A DNA stretch of 64,000 nucleotides from an uncultured Planctomycetota bacterium. Its GTDB lineage: Bacteria; Planctomycetota; Planctomycetia; Gemmatales; HRBIN36. The translations under genes and the position numbers were made by a program. The notes under the pieces are model-generated. The model saw only the letters and a list, made by a program, of their open reading frames with translations, did not search any database and was not told the origin of the DNA. The DNA is taken from the NCBI GenBank assembly GCA_937944855.1, contig CALFAY010000003.1, forward strand, positions 64,470-128,469, written 5' to 3'. This document shows, piece after piece, positions 27,339 to 37,235 of the stretch (position 1 is its first letter; every line of letters begins with the position of its first letter).

Positions 27339-28667
27339 TCACAGGATGAACCGGCCCAGGTCTTCCTTCTTGAGCACGTCCGCCAATCGGCCCCGCACAT
27401 AGGCAGCATCGACGCGGACGTGCTTGTTCGGCAAATCCGGTCCCTCGAAGCTGACCTCTTCCACGACCCGTTCCAGCACCGTGTGCAGCCGTCGCGCGCC
27501 GATGTTCTGCATCGTCCGGTTCACGTCAAAAGCGATGTCGGCAATCGCTTCCAGACCATCCGGCGTGAACTCCAGGTCCACGCCCTCCGTGGCCATCAAT
27601 TCGACGTACTGCTTGATGAGCGAATGCTTCGGTTCCTGGAGAATGCGGAGGAAGTCGTCCCGTTTCAGGTCGGCCAGTTCGACACGGATGGGGAAGCGGC
27701 CCTGCAATTCGGGCATGAGGTCCGACGGCTTCGAGAGGTGGAACGCCCCGGCGGCGATGAACAGGATGTGGTCGCTGCGGACTGGGCCGTAGCGGGTCTG
27801 GGTCGTGGTGCCCTCGACGATCGGCAGCAAGTCCCGCTGCACACCCTGCCGGGACACGTCCGGGCCGTGCGTCGAGGCGGGACCACAGATCTTGTCCAAC
27901 TCGTCGATGAAGATGATGCCCTGGTTCTCGGTCAGTTCGACCGCTTTTTCCATCACGACTTGTTTGTCGATGAGGGCATCGGTTTCCTGTTCCAGAAGCA
28001 CCTTGCGGGCTTCGCGGACGGTCATTTGCCGTTGCTGGGCCTGACGCGGCAAGATCTTCTCGAACATGTTCTGGAAGTCCACGTCCATCTGCTCCATGCC
28101 CAGGCTGGAGAAGATCTGCACCGGCACCATCTTCTGCTCGACGTGGATTTCGACGAGCCGATCTTCCATTTCGCCGGCCTCCAGCCGCGCCCGCAGCTTG
28201 GCCCTGGCTCGATCCCGGCGTTCAGCTTCCTCGTCATCGTCGTAATCCGAACCGCCGGGCAGAAGCAGGTCGAGCAGCCGTTCCGTGACCCGTTCCTTGG
28301 CCTGAGTCTCGACCAGCTGGCGTTGCTCAGCCCGAATCATGCCGACGGCCACTTCGGTGAGATCGCGGATCATGCTCTCGACGTCCCGGCCGTGGTAGCC
28401 GACCTCCGTGTACTTGGTTGCTTCGACTTTCAGGAACGGAGCGCCGACCAGCTGGGCCAGCCGCCGGGCGATCTCGGTTTTGCCCACGCCGGTGGGACCG
28501 ATCATGATGATGTTCTTGGGGGTGACGTCCTTACGCAGTTCGGGCGGCAATTGCTGACGCCGCCAGCGATTGCGGATGGCCACGGCAACGGCCCGCTTGG
28601 CCGCCGTCTGCCCGATGATGTATTTGTCCAGTTCGGAAACGATCTGCCGCGGTGTCAATTCAGCCAC
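27339..28667 (-). CDS. hslU: ATP-dependent protease ATPase subunit HslU
   Basis: MAELTPRQIVSELDKYIIGQTAAKRAVAVAIRNRWRR, Walker A GPTGVGKTEIARRLA, FIDELDKI. Confidence 0.97.
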   Translation of the reverse strand: MAELTPRQIVSELDKYIIGQTAAKRAVAVAIRNRWRRQQLPPELRKDVTPKNIIMIGPTGVGKTEIARRLAQLVGAPFLKVEATKYTEVGYHGRDVESMIRDLTEVAVGMIRAEQRQLVETQAKERVTERLLDLLLPGGSDYDDDEEAERRDRARAKLRARLEAGEMEDRLVEIHVEQKMVPVQIFSSLGMEQMDVDFQNMFEKILPRQAQQRQMTVREARKVLLEQETDALIDKQVVMEKAVELTENQGIIFIDELDKICGPASTHGPDVSRQGVQRDLLPIVEGTTTQTRYGPVRSDHILFIAAGAFHLSKPSDLMPELQGRFPIRVELADLKRDDFLRILQEPKHSLIKQYVELMATEGVDLEFTPDGLEAIADIAFDVNRTMQNIGARRLHTVLERVVEEVSFEGPDLPNKHVRVDAAYVRGRLADVLKKEDLGRFIL

Positions 28668-28688
28668 ACCATTCTCCCGTTGTATAAC

Positions 28689-29231
28689 TCACGCCAATTC
28701 TTCGACTTCGATATGCCGGTTGGTATAGATGCACAGATCGCCGGCGATTTCCAGGGACCGGCGGACGATCTGGGCGGCGGTCAGATCGGAATGGGCGATC
28801 AAGGCCCGGGCGGCGGCGAGGGCATAGGGGCCGCCGGAGCCGATCCCGAGCACGCCGTCGCTGGGCATGATGACGTCGCCGGTGCCGCTGATGAGCAGGA
28901 TCACCTCCCGATCCATCGCCACCAGCATCGCTTCCAGCCGGCGCAGCACCCGGTCGGTCCGCCAGTCCTTGGCCAGCTCGGTCGCCGCCCGGGGCACGCT
29001 GCCCTGGTGGTCGTTGAGCTTGGCCTCGAAGCGTTCCATCAGGGCGAAAGCATCGGCAGCCGCGCCGGCGAAGCCGACCAGCACGCGGTCCTGGTACAAC
29101 CGCCGCACCTTGCGGGCATCCGCCTTCATCACCGTCGTGCCCAGGGTGACTTGCCCATCGCCGCCCAGGGCCGCCTGGCCCTTGTGGCGCACGGCCAGGA
29201 TCGTCGTCCCGTGGAATCTGGACCGAGGCAT
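28689..29231 (-). CDS. hslV: ATP-dependent protease subunit HslV
   Basis: [31 protein letters not shown]. Start moved to the ATG at 29231. Located immediately upstream of hslU. Confidence 0.95.
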   Translation of the reverse strand: MPRSRFHGTTILAVRHKGQAALGGDGQVTLGTTVMKADARKVRRLYQDRVLVGFAGAAADAFALMERFEAKLNDHQGSVPRAATELAKDWRTDRVLRRLEAMLVAMDREVILLISGTGDVIMPSDGVLGIGSGGPYALAAARALIAHSDLTAAQIVRRSLEIAGDLCIYTNRHIEVEELA

Positions 29232-29320
29232 AGGACCTCGCTTCGCTGTCAAGCTGTTCGGGGAAGCCGCTGACCCCTGATACAATACTATCCGTGGACC
29301 GAGTCCAAAAGGAGGACAGG

Positions 29321-29821
29321 ATGCCGTTAAGCACGCCGGAACTGTGCCTGTTCTGCCGTCGCCTCCACGCCTGGGACGACGCTACCTCGCCTTCGCGGGG
29401 AGCTGATCCGGATCTGATCTGGCGATTTCCCCATTCGGTCGTGGTGCTGGGTTCGTGGCAATACTTTCATGGTTACTGCGTCCTCGTCAGCCGGACTCAT
29501 GCCGAGGAACTCAGCCAGCTGGAACGGACGACCCGCGAGGCGTTTCTCGCGGAGATGTGTCTGCTCGCCGAAGCGCTGGAACAGGAGTTTCGGCCTCGCA
29601 AGCTCAATTACGAACTTCTCGGCAATCAGGTGCCGCATCTGCACTGGCATCTGTTTCCGCGTTACGCGGAGGATCCCGGGCATCTCAAGCCGGTCTGGGT
29701 GGCCATCGACCAGGCCGAAGGCAATGCCGGGGAACAGGCCCGACTGACGACAGGTCCGTGTCCGCGCGAGGAGACAGCCCGGCGGATCGCACGGCGTTTA
29801 CAGGAATTGACAGGCCGTTGA
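29321..29821 (+). CDS. HIT-family (histidine triad) protein
   Basis: AGGAGG precedes the ATG at 29321. CLFCR near the N-terminus and the HLHWHLFPR histidine triad. Confidence 0.85.
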   Translation: MPLSTPELCLFCRRLHAWDDATSPSRGADPDLIWRFPHSVVVLGSWQYFHGYCVLVSRTHAEELSQLERTTREAFLAEMCLLAEALEQEFRPRKLNYELLGNQVPHLHWHLFPRYAEDPGHLKPVWVAIDQAEGNAGEQARLTTGPCPREETARRIARRLQELTGR

Positions 29822-29837
29822 CAGGCAGACCCTGCCC

Positions 29838-30746
29838 ATGAATCCTCTGCGGATCGCCACTCGGGGCAGCAAGTTGGCCTTGTGGCAGGCGGAGCATGTC
29901 GCCGCACTGCTGCGGCCCGTCCTGGCGCCGAGGCCGGTCGAACTGGTGATCGTGCAGACGACTGGCGACCGGGTGCAGGACCGCTCCTTGAGCGTTCTGG
30001 GCGGTCAAGGGGCATTCACCAAAGAAATCCAGCAGGCGGTGTTGGACGGCCGAGCGGATGTCGCGGTGCACAGCCTCAAGGATCTGCCGACGCAGCCGGT
30101 GCCGGGACTGGTGCTGGCTGCCACGCCGCCTCGCGCCGCCGTGCAGGACGCCTTCGTTTCTGTCAAGTATCGCCGCTTCGACGATCTGCCCGAAGGGGCA
30201 ACCCTCGCCACCGGCAGCCTGCGGCGTCGTGCCCAGCTTCTGCATCGCCGACCCGATCTGCGTCTGGCGGACATGCGAGGGAATGTCGAAACCCGCCTGC
30301 GCAAAATGCATGAGCAGGGATTGGACGGCATGATTCTCGCCGTGGCCGGCTTGGAGCGTCTCGGCTTGGCCGATCAAGTCGCCGAGGTGCTTTCCGAAGA
30401 GTGGATGCTTCCCGCGGTCGGTCAAGGGGCCCTGGGCGTGGAATGTCGGGCGGATGACGCCGACACCCGGGCCGTGTTGGAACGGATCAATCATCGGGAG
30501 ACTTTTCTGGCAGTGCTGGCCGAGCGGGCTTTTCTGCGGGCCTTGGGCGGCGGCTGCCTGGTGCCGATCGCGGGGTTGGGGCGGCTCGACCACGGAGACT
30601 TGCTCGTGCAGGGGATGGTGTGCAGCCCCGATGGTTCCCGCCGCATCGCCGCCGCGGTCTCCGGGTCCGCTCACGACGCCGAGCCGCTGGGGGAACGGCT
30701 GGCCGAACGCCTCAGGCAACTGGGAGCCGAGGAGATTCTCCGGTGA
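29838..30746 (+). CDS. hemC: hydroxymethylbilane synthase (porphobilinogen deaminase)
   Basis: LRIATRGSKLALWQAEHV...TTGDRVQD...FTKEIQQAVLDGRADVAVHSLKDLP. Confidence 0.95.
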   Translation: MNPLRIATRGSKLALWQAEHVAALLRPVLAPRPVELVIVQTTGDRVQDRSLSVLGGQGAFTKEIQQAVLDGRADVAVHSLKDLPTQPVPGLVLAATPPRAAVQDAFVSVKYRRFDDLPEGATLATGSLRRRAQLLHRRPDLRLADMRGNVETRLRKMHEQGLDGMILAVAGLERLGLADQVAEVLSEEWMLPAVGQGALGVECRADDADTRAVLERINHRETFLAVLAERAFLRALGGGCLVPIAGLGRLDHGDLLVQGMVCSPDGSRRIAAAVSGSAHDAEPLGERLAERLRQLGAEEILR

Positions 30747-30824
30747 TTGCTCCCGCCGCTGCCCTGCGGTATCTTCTCTCTCACCAGGTCCGTAGCAGAA
30801 TCGCGGTTGATCGGAGTACGCACT

Positions 30825-31769
30825 ATGCGGCAGGCATTGTGGCTGAGTGGGTTCGGAATGGTCCTCGTCACGGCAGTCCTCGCGGCCCAATCGCCGCGGG
30901 AGGTCAAGGCCCACAGTGCCCCGGCTTATACCCTGGCCTTCAGCCCAGATGGCAAGCTGCTGGCCACGGGCGGCTTCGACAACGTCATCAAAGTCTGGCA
31001 GTTTCCGGAGTTCACGCTGGTCAAGGAGCTGACGGGCCATGCCGGGCCGGTTTATTGCGTTGCTTTCAGTCCAGATGGGAGCAGGATCGCATCGTCGAGC
31101 CAGGACGGCACCATTCGGCTGTGGTCGGTCGAAACCGGCATGCAGGAGAAAGAGTTGAAGGGGCACAATGGCATCGTGGATAGCATCGCCTGGAGTCCGG
31201 ACGGCAAGTTACTGGCCTCCGCCGGGGCTGACAAGACCGTCCGTCTGTGGAATCCCGAAGAGGGCAAGGAAGTGAAAAACCTCGGCCAGCACGGCGGCAG
31301 CGTGTACACGGTGGTGTTCAGCCCCGACGGCAAGTTGCTCGCCACGGCCAGTCAGGACAAGACCGTCAAGCTCTGGGACGTGACCGGGCAGAAGGAACAG
31401 GCCACGCTCAAAGGCCACGAGGATGCCGTCACCAGCGTCGTCTTCACGGCCGACAGCACCGCCGTCATCTCGGTCGGCATGGTGGATCGCCAGCCCCGCA
31501 TCTGGAACGTCGCCGACGGCTCCGAACGCAAGAAACTTGATCCGACCCCGGACGACATCTACGCCGTCACCCTCTCTCCCGACGGCAAGACGGCGGCGAC
31601 CAGCGGTTACGGCGGCTACCTGACGCTGTGGGACGTGGCCGAGGGGAAGGTCGTCAAGAGCTTCAAACTGCCCAAGTTCGGGGCCTACTGCGTTCGGTTC
31701 ACGCCGGACGGGAAACAAGTGGTGACAGGACACGACAACGGCATGTGCTACGTCACGCCGCTGGAATGA
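30825..31769 (+). CDS. secreted WD40-repeat protein
   Basis: Signal-like MRQALWLSGFGMVLVTAVLAAQSP, then about 7 repeats of the type GHxGxVxxVAFSPDGKLLAT...DKTV(K/R)LW. Confidence 0.9.
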   Translation: MRQALWLSGFGMVLVTAVLAAQSPREVKAHSAPAYTLAFSPDGKLLATGGFDNVIKVWQFPEFTLVKELTGHAGPVYCVAFSPDGSRIASSSQDGTIRLWSVETGMQEKELKGHNGIVDSIAWSPDGKLLASAGADKTVRLWNPEEGKEVKNLGQHGGSVYTVVFSPDGKLLATASQDKTVKLWDVTGQKEQATLKGHEDAVTSVVFTADSTAVISVGMVDRQPRIWNVADGSERKKLDPTPDDIYAVTLSPDGKTAATSGYGGYLTLWDVAEGKVVKSFKLPKFGAYCVRFTPDGKQVVTGHDNGMCYVTPLE

Positions 31770-31773
31770 CCGC

Positions 31774-32421
31774 TCAGCCTTGCACGAAGGGATTGGTTCG
31801 CCTTTCGACCCCGATGGTCGTCGTCGGGCCGTGGCCGGGATACACGACGGTATCGTCCGGCAGGGTGTAGAGCTTGGTCCGGATGCCGTGGGCGAGGAGT
31901 CGGCCATCGCTGCCGGGAAAGTCGTACCGGCCGACGCTGCCCTGGAAGAGCACGTCTCCTCCGAAGACCCGGATCGGCTGCGTCCGCAAAACGTAAACGA
32001 TGTGGCCGGGCGAGTGACCGGGCACGTCCAGGACCTCGAAGCGCAGTCCTGCCGCCTCAACCACGTCGCCTTCCCGCACGGTCTGATCGGCCGGCGGACT
32101 GACGACCGGGACGCCGAACGGCGCGCTCATGTTGAGATGGGGATTGGTCAACAGCGGCGTCTCGTTGGCCCCGATGACGAGCGGCGCTTCGGGAAAGGCT
32201 TCCTTCAGCGCCTGATTGCCTGCGATGTGGTCGCCGTGGCCGTGCGTGTTCAGGATCGCCGCCGGGGTCAGGTCGGCCTGGTGCAGGAAGTCGAGGATCA
32301 GGTCCGGCTCCAGCCCGGGATCGATGACCACGCAATCCGATCGGTCGCTCCGCCAGACGACGTAGCTGTTTTCCTCGAAGGGCATCGACACGATGGAGCG
32401 GATGTTGACCGCAGGATTCAT
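31774..32421 (-). CDS. MBL-fold metallo-hydrolase (glyoxalase II-like)
   Basis: NTHGHGDHIAGN (HxHxDH), PGHSPGH, GRYDFPG. Confidence 0.85.
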   Translation of the reverse strand: MNPAVNIRSIVSMPFEENSYVVWRSDRSDCVVIDPGLEPDLILDFLHQADLTPAAILNTHGHGDHIAGNQALKEAFPEAPLVIGANETPLLTNPHLNMSAPFGVPVVSPPADQTVREGDVVEAAGLRFEVLDVPGHSPGHIVYVLRTQPIRVFGGDVLFQGSVGRYDFPGSDGRLLAHGIRTKLYTLPDDTVVYPGHGPTTTIGVERRTNPFVQG

Positions 32422-32422
32422 G

Positions 32423-34606
32423 TCACGGCTCGCGGAAGTGCTCGATGATTTCCTTCATGGCGGGAACGACGTACACAATCGCTCCTTCATGCGTGCAGTC
32501 ATACCACAAGATTCGCGGTCGGCCGGTCGCCTCCCAAAGGCGTTCCAGAGCGCTCGGCGGCACGATCTCGTCCCGTTTGGCTCCGATCAAAAGCAACTTG
32601 CGGTCTTTGAGGTTCTGGGCACAGGTGAGCGGATCGGCACACGCCAGGCGTTCGGCCAGCTTCTCCCGGTTGCCGCCCAGGGCCTGCCAGGCGAGGCGGA
32701 TCGGCCACGCTTCGGGCCGGTCGTAGAACGCCTCGATCAACCCGCCGCCTCCGAGCAGGACCGCCACCCGCTGAAAACGCGGCTCCATCTCGGCGGTCAG
32801 AGTGCCCATGAAACTGCCCAGACTGGTGCCCATGATTCCCAACCGATCCTTGTCCACCTCGGGCCGCGATTCCAGCCACGCTCCCGCACGGCGGACATCG
32901 AGGACGCATTGCCGCACCGCTTCGAGGCTGTGTTCCAGGTTCGGCGAGACGATACGGGCGGCAGGCTGATTCGCCGGGCGTCTTGGCCCGTAGTACGGCA
33001 TCTGCACGAACAGTGCCGCCACCCCCTGCTGGGCGAGAAATGTCGCTTGCAGTCGGGAGAGCGTCTGATCGCCGCCGAGAATGTCGAGGACGACTACGGC
33101 CGGAAACGGGCCTTTTCCCTTGGGCCAGTAGTATTCCGCATGGACCGTGTTGTTGACGGGGTACTTGCTGACCACCGGCGAAGGGAAGGTCAGGTGCCAG
33201 ATTTCCATGTCGATGCCGGCGAAGTCGTGGAGCAGCTTCAGTTGGTAGGGGAACTCGTGCGGCTCGAGCCTGTAGCGTTCAGGAATCCGGCTTTGGTCCC
33301 CGACTGGCCGGAAAGTCACGGTGCCCTCCTCGACCGGAGGCTCGCCGTTGCGAGGCGGCTCCTTGTATTCGATGAGCAGGTCCTTGTCGGCAGGCTCCCC
33401 GGCGAGCAAGGAGCGGAGATTGTAGCGGTAGAACGGCTGGCTTTGTGCTCCGGCCCAGCGAGTCTTCCGCGGATCGGCGGCATGAGCGACCCACAAGGTC
33501 AGATCGGTCGGGCAAAAGACCGCTTGATGCAGACACGGAATCTGCGGCGGATACAGCCGTAACATGCGGATCAGGAGCCGGTCGTCGAGCTTGCCGTGGT
33601 TCTGCCGCAGCCATTGCGTCAGCAACTCGTAGCCGATGATGCTGGCCGGGTTGTCGTGCCGCGGGTCGTACTCCTTGCGCTGGGTCCGTGCGGTGGCTTC
33701 GCCGATAAAGTGGTTGACGCGGCGGACGCAATGGGGCAACGCACAGTGCGGCCCGAGGTTCTCCGCCGGATCGCCCGGGGCGAATTCGAGCATGAGCGAC
33801 CGGGTAACTTCGATGGCCCGCGCGTCGGGAATCTTGCCGTCGGCGATGATGAAGTTGTAGCCGCAGGTCCGGGGGCCTCTGCGGAAGACGGCGAGCGCTT
33901 CGTGGAGCGTCCCGGCCTGTCGCAGGGCTTCGCGCATCAGGAAAATCATCGGAATCCCGGCGTAGTCTTCGTCGTCGCACTGCGAACCCATCTCGCCGAT
34001 GCTGATACCCTGTGCGTTCATGCCGGTGACGCAGCCGATGAAACCCGACCATCCAACCACGGCATGAGCGTGGCCGTCGGTCGGCTGATAAACGACGAGC
34101 AGGGCGTTTTCCTGGACCCGCTTGGTGTTGCCGATGTCGAGGGCGTAGTCGAGGCTGCGGGTGTGATAGAGCTTGCCGTCCCGGGTCGCCGGTCCCATAG
34201 CCGCTGCTCCGGTGCAATGAAAGCGTTCCGGAATGGCATGCACCAGCCGCAGCTTCTCCAGGGGCACGCCGGAGCCTTCCGCCAGCCCTTCCAGCTCGTC
34301 CTTGTAGCGCTGCGGCAAAAACGGCTCGGAGGCGTTCCATATTTTTTGCAGCGTTTCCAGCTTCTCCCGACCGCCGCCCAGGCACCAATGGTCGAGAAAC
34401 GCCTCTGCGTTCTCGGCCACCTCCTGGGCCAGCATCTTGCCGTGAGCGAAGCCCATCTCGCGGTAGCTGCCTTTGAGCACCAGGACCCGTTGCTGGCCGA
34501 CCTGCTCCAACCGACAGGCTCCGTGCCGGGCCAAGACTTCGGCCCGGGCTACCGACGCCATCCCGCCCAGAAGCAGCACTGTCAACAGCCAGCGGTTCGC
34601 GTGCAT
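32423..34606 (-). CDS. secreted fusion of a C45-family (acyl-CoA:6-APA acyltransferase-like Ntn) domain and an alpha/beta hydrolase
   Basis: Signal peptide. GSYREMGFAHG...FHCTGAAAMGPATRDGKLYHTRSLDY...GWSGFIGCVTGMNAQGISIG is the C45 pattern. The C-terminal half has GIMGTSLGSFMG (GxSxG), KRDEIVP and CTHEG. Confidence 0.75.
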   Translation of the reverse strand: MHANRWLLTVLLLGGMASVARAEVLARHGACRLEQVGQQRVLVLKGSYREMGFAHGKMLAQEVAENAEAFLDHWCLGGGREKLETLQKIWNASEPFLPQRYKDELEGLAEGSGVPLEKLRLVHAIPERFHCTGAAAMGPATRDGKLYHTRSLDYALDIGNTKRVQENALLVVYQPTDGHAHAVVGWSGFIGCVTGMNAQGISIGEMGSQCDDEDYAGIPMIFLMREALRQAGTLHEALAVFRRGPRTCGYNFIIADGKIPDARAIEVTRSLMLEFAPGDPAENLGPHCALPHCVRRVNHFIGEATARTQRKEYDPRHDNPASIIGYELLTQWLRQNHGKLDDRLLIRMLRLYPPQIPCLHQAVFCPTDLTLWVAHAADPRKTRWAGAQSQPFYRYNLRSLLAGEPADKDLLIEYKEPPRNGEPPVEEGTVTFRPVGDQSRIPERYRLEPHEFPYQLKLLHDFAGIDMEIWHLTFPSPVVSKYPVNNTVHAEYYWPKGKGPFPAVVVLDILGGDQTLSRLQATFLAQQGVAALFVQMPYYGPRRPANQPAARIVSPNLEHSLEAVRQCVLDVRRAGAWLESRPEVDKDRLGIMGTSLGSFMGTLTAEMEPRFQRVAVLLGGGGLIEAFYDRPEAWPIRLAWQALGGNREKLAERLACADPLTCAQNLKDRKLLLIGAKRDEIVPPSALERLWEATGRPRILWYDCTHEGAIVYVVPAMKEIIEHFREP

Positions 34607-34666
34607 CTTCGGGTTTCCCCCCTCACCTTCGTCGCATCGCTCTCATCCAGAGTCGCCGTCGGGCGA

Positions 34667-34837
34667 TCACCCTCCACGCCGGGCTTCAAGAATGGCCAGG
34701 CGCCGGACCACTTCCGTCAGTTGCCTGTGGAGCCGTAGTAGTCCTGCATACTGATAAAACGATACGACCAGAAACGCCAGGGCAAACAGATACAAGACAA
34801 CATCAGCCCCACGACCGATTCCCAGCCAGATCGCCAC
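34667..34837 (-). pseudogene. DUF2304-like C-terminal fragment (possible gene remnant or mini-protein)
   Basis: (V)AIWLGIGRGADVVLYLFALAFLVVSFYQYAGLLRLHRQLTEVVRRLAILE resembles the second half of DUF2304 membrane proteins. The ORF-track N-terminus overlaps apbE and is not membrane-like. Only a GTG start (34837) is available after the apbE stop. Confidence 0.25.
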
Positions 34838-34919
34838 CTGTTGGACCGTTCCGTCTGTGCCTGGGCTTCGGGCGGCGCGGGCGTGGTGGACGATGCAGCT
34901 TGCGCGAGCGGATTCGGTT

Positions 34920-36038
34920 TCACGGTTTCGTACTCGACTCGGTGCTGGGCCAGCGGGAGGAACGGTACTCATTGTCCCCGGTTGATTCGCGGACAACGAT
35001 CAATGCGGCGGCCCCCTCGGTTGCCTCGACCAGTTTCAATCCCTCGTTCGGCTTGAGAACGCTGATGGCCGTGGCCAGGCTGTCCGAAAGCGTCCCGTTC
35101 GGAGCGATCACGGTCACGCTCTGCCGACCGATCAAGCCCAAGCCAGTCTTCGGGTCGAGGATGTGCGAATAGCGAACGCCGTTGATCTCCACGAACTGTT
35201 CTGCGTCGCCGGAGGTGGAGACGGCCGCGTTTTTCAGCCAGAGAAACTTGGTGGGCGGGCCGTCGGGATCGTCCAGCGGGGCGATGCCGATCCGCCAGGC
35301 CAAAGCGTCCGGCGGAGCGTCGCTGACTACGAGGTCTCCCCCGGCGGCGACCAGGGCGGAGCAGATGCCGTGCCTCCGCAGCACTCTCTGGGCTTCGTCG
35401 GCGGCGAAACCCTTGGCGATGCCGCCCAGGTCGAGGAGCATCCCGGGTTGCGTCAGGCGGACGGTTTGCCGCTCGGCATCAAGCATGAGCTTCTCATACC
35501 CGACCAGCGAGCGGGCCTGTTCCAGCCGCTGGGGGGAGGGGAGTTCGCGTTGTCTCCGGGTACGCCGCCACAGGCGGGACAAAGGGCCAATGGTGACGTC
35601 GAACGCTCCGCGGCTCCGTCGGGCCATTTCCTGAGCAGCAGCCAGGACAGTGAAGAGATCGTCGCTGACCGCGACCGGCTCGCCCCCGGCCTGCCGACAC
35701 AGCCGCATCAGCTCGCTGTCTTCCCGATAATCGCTCAGTTTGGCGTCCAGTTCGGAGATACGGGCGAAGGCGGCGTCGGCAGCACGACGAGCCTCGGCTT
35801 CGTCGGCAGCGTACAGAACCGTGCGGAACTGCGTGCCCATGTGCGGCTGGGCAAACTCGAAACGTTTCGGTTTGGGTGAATCGCAGGGCGGAGCGGCTGA
35901 AACGGGAAAACAGCCCAAGGCCAGGACCAGCAATGCCTTTGCCAGAACGAAATGCTTCCGCAAGCCGGTCCAGGCGGCAAGGTCGAGGAAGTTGGGGACG
36001 AAAACCGCCCGGGGTTTGCCGGGGTGGGTCATTGTCAA
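34920..36038 (-). CDS. apbE: FAD:protein FMN transferase (ApbE family)
   Basis: Lipobox-like LALGCF. FAQPHMGTQFRTVLYA...ISELDAKLSDYREDSEL...DLGGIAKGFAADEA are ApbE signatures. Confidence 0.9.
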   Translation of the reverse strand: MTMTHPGKPRAVFVPNFLDLAAWTGLRKHFVLAKALLVLALGCFPVSAAPPCDSPKPKRFEFAQPHMGTQFRTVLYAADEAEARRAADAAFARISELDAKLSDYREDSELMRLCRQAGGEPVAVSDDLFTVLAAAQEMARRSRGAFDVTIGPLSRLWRRTRRQRELPSPQRLEQARSLVGYEKLMLDAERQTVRLTQPGMLLDLGGIAKGFAADEAQRVLRRHGICSALVAAGGDLVVSDAPPDALAWRIGIAPLDDPDGPPTKFLWLKNAAVSTSGDAEQFVEINGVRYSHILDPKTGLGLIGRQSVTVIAPNGTLSDSLATAISVLKPNEGLKLVEATEGAAALIVVRESTGDNEYRSSRWPSTESSTKP

Positions 36039-36112
36039 AGGCCCTTCGCGGCTTTAGGATGTTTGCAAGTTGAGTACTTCCGTTGCGTGATTTCCCCTGC
36101 CAGGGAACCAGC

Positions 36113-37180
36113 ATGCCGATCGCTTCCGTGCTGCCTCGCGGTTGTCGCTATTGTATCGTAGGGCTGTCAGTGCTCCTGCTCGCTGCCGTGAGCATGGTCG
36201 TTCTGCCGACCGCTCCCGACGCCGAATCCGCAGCTGCCGAGGAGAGGAAGCCCTACGTCGAGACCATCCCCGGCAGCAACGTGAAATTCGAGATGGTCCC
36301 CATCCCCGGCGGCACCTACGTCCGCGGCAGTCCGGAGAGCGAGGAAGGCCGCAACGACGACGAAGGCCCACAGCATCCCATTGAAATCAAGCCGTTCTGG
36401 ATGGGCAAGTACGAAGTGACCTGGGACGAGTTCGACCTGTTTGCGGAAGCCGACGTGCTCAAGGACGAGGTCGAAAAGCTCAAGGACCGCAAACTCGAAC
36501 TCGACGGCATCACCCGCCCGACCCCGCCGTACACGGACATGACCTTCGGCTTCGGCAAATACGGCTACCCCGCGATCTGCATGACGCACCATGCGGCGAT
36601 GGAGTACTGCCGCTGGCTGTCGGCCAAGACGGGCAAGCACTACCGCCTGCCGACCGAGGCGGAATGGGAATACGCCTGCCGGGCAGGAGCCAAGACCGCC
36701 TACTTCTTCGGGGACGATCCGGAGAAGCTGGGCGAGTATGCTTGGTATCTCGACAACGCGGACGGCAAGCCGCATCCGGTCGGCAAGAAGAAGCCGAACC
36801 CGTGGGGCCTGTACGACATGCACGGCAACGTCTCCGAGTGGTGTCTGGACCATTACGACAAGAACGCCTACCGCAAACTGCCGGCCGACCGGGTGTCGCT
36901 GAATCCCTTCGTCCCTCCCACGGACAGGCGTTTTCCGCATGTGGTACGCGGCGGTTCCTGGGACGAGGAGGCGACGGCTTGTCGCTGCGCTTCACGAAGG
37001 GCTTCGCACCGGGAATGGCTGCGGCAGGATCCGCAAAGACCCCAGAGCATCTGGTGGCTCACTGAGGGCGTCTTTGTCGGCTTCCGGGTGGTCCGGCCGC
37101 TCGATGATCCCGAGCCGCTCCGCAAAGTCCGTTCGCTGGTGACGAAGGAAAGCCGTTACGTCTGGACGCCGGACCAGTAG
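36113..37180 (+). CDS. formylglycine-generating-enzyme (SUMF1/FGE-sulfatase) domain protein, secreted
   Basis: YRLPTEAEWEYACRAG...NPWGLYDMHGNVSEWCLD...VVRGGSW. Confidence 0.9.
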   Translation: MPIASVLPRGCRYCIVGLSVLLLAAVSMVVLPTAPDAESAAAEERKPYVETIPGSNVKFEMVPIPGGTYVRGSPESEEGRNDDEGPQHPIEIKPFWMGKYEVTWDEFDLFAEADVLKDEVEKLKDRKLELDGITRPTPPYTDMTFGFGKYGYPAICMTHHAAMEYCRWLSAKTGKHYRLPTEAEWEYACRAGAKTAYFFGDDPEKLGEYAWYLDNADGKPHPVGKKKPNPWGLYDMHGNVSEWCLDHYDKNAYRKLPADRVSLNPFVPPTDRRFPHVVRGGSWDEEATACRCASRRASHREWLRQDPQRPQSIWWLTEGVFVGFRVVRPLDDPEPLRKVRSLVTKESRYVWTPDQ

Positions 37181-37235
37181 CGGCCCACGGTGTTTCCAGT
37201 AGTATTTCCAGGCATTAAGAGATGGAGAGGAATCC

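Noticed and set aside
30744-30825. The hemC stop (TGA at 30744-30746) is followed immediately by an in-frame open ORF (30747..31769), which suggested possible stop-codon readthrough or selenocysteine.
   Set aside because: The WD40 protein has its own ATG at 30825 followed by a typical signal peptide. The 26 intervening codons are not protein-like. HemC is complete at its normal length. No SECIS-like hairpin was evident.
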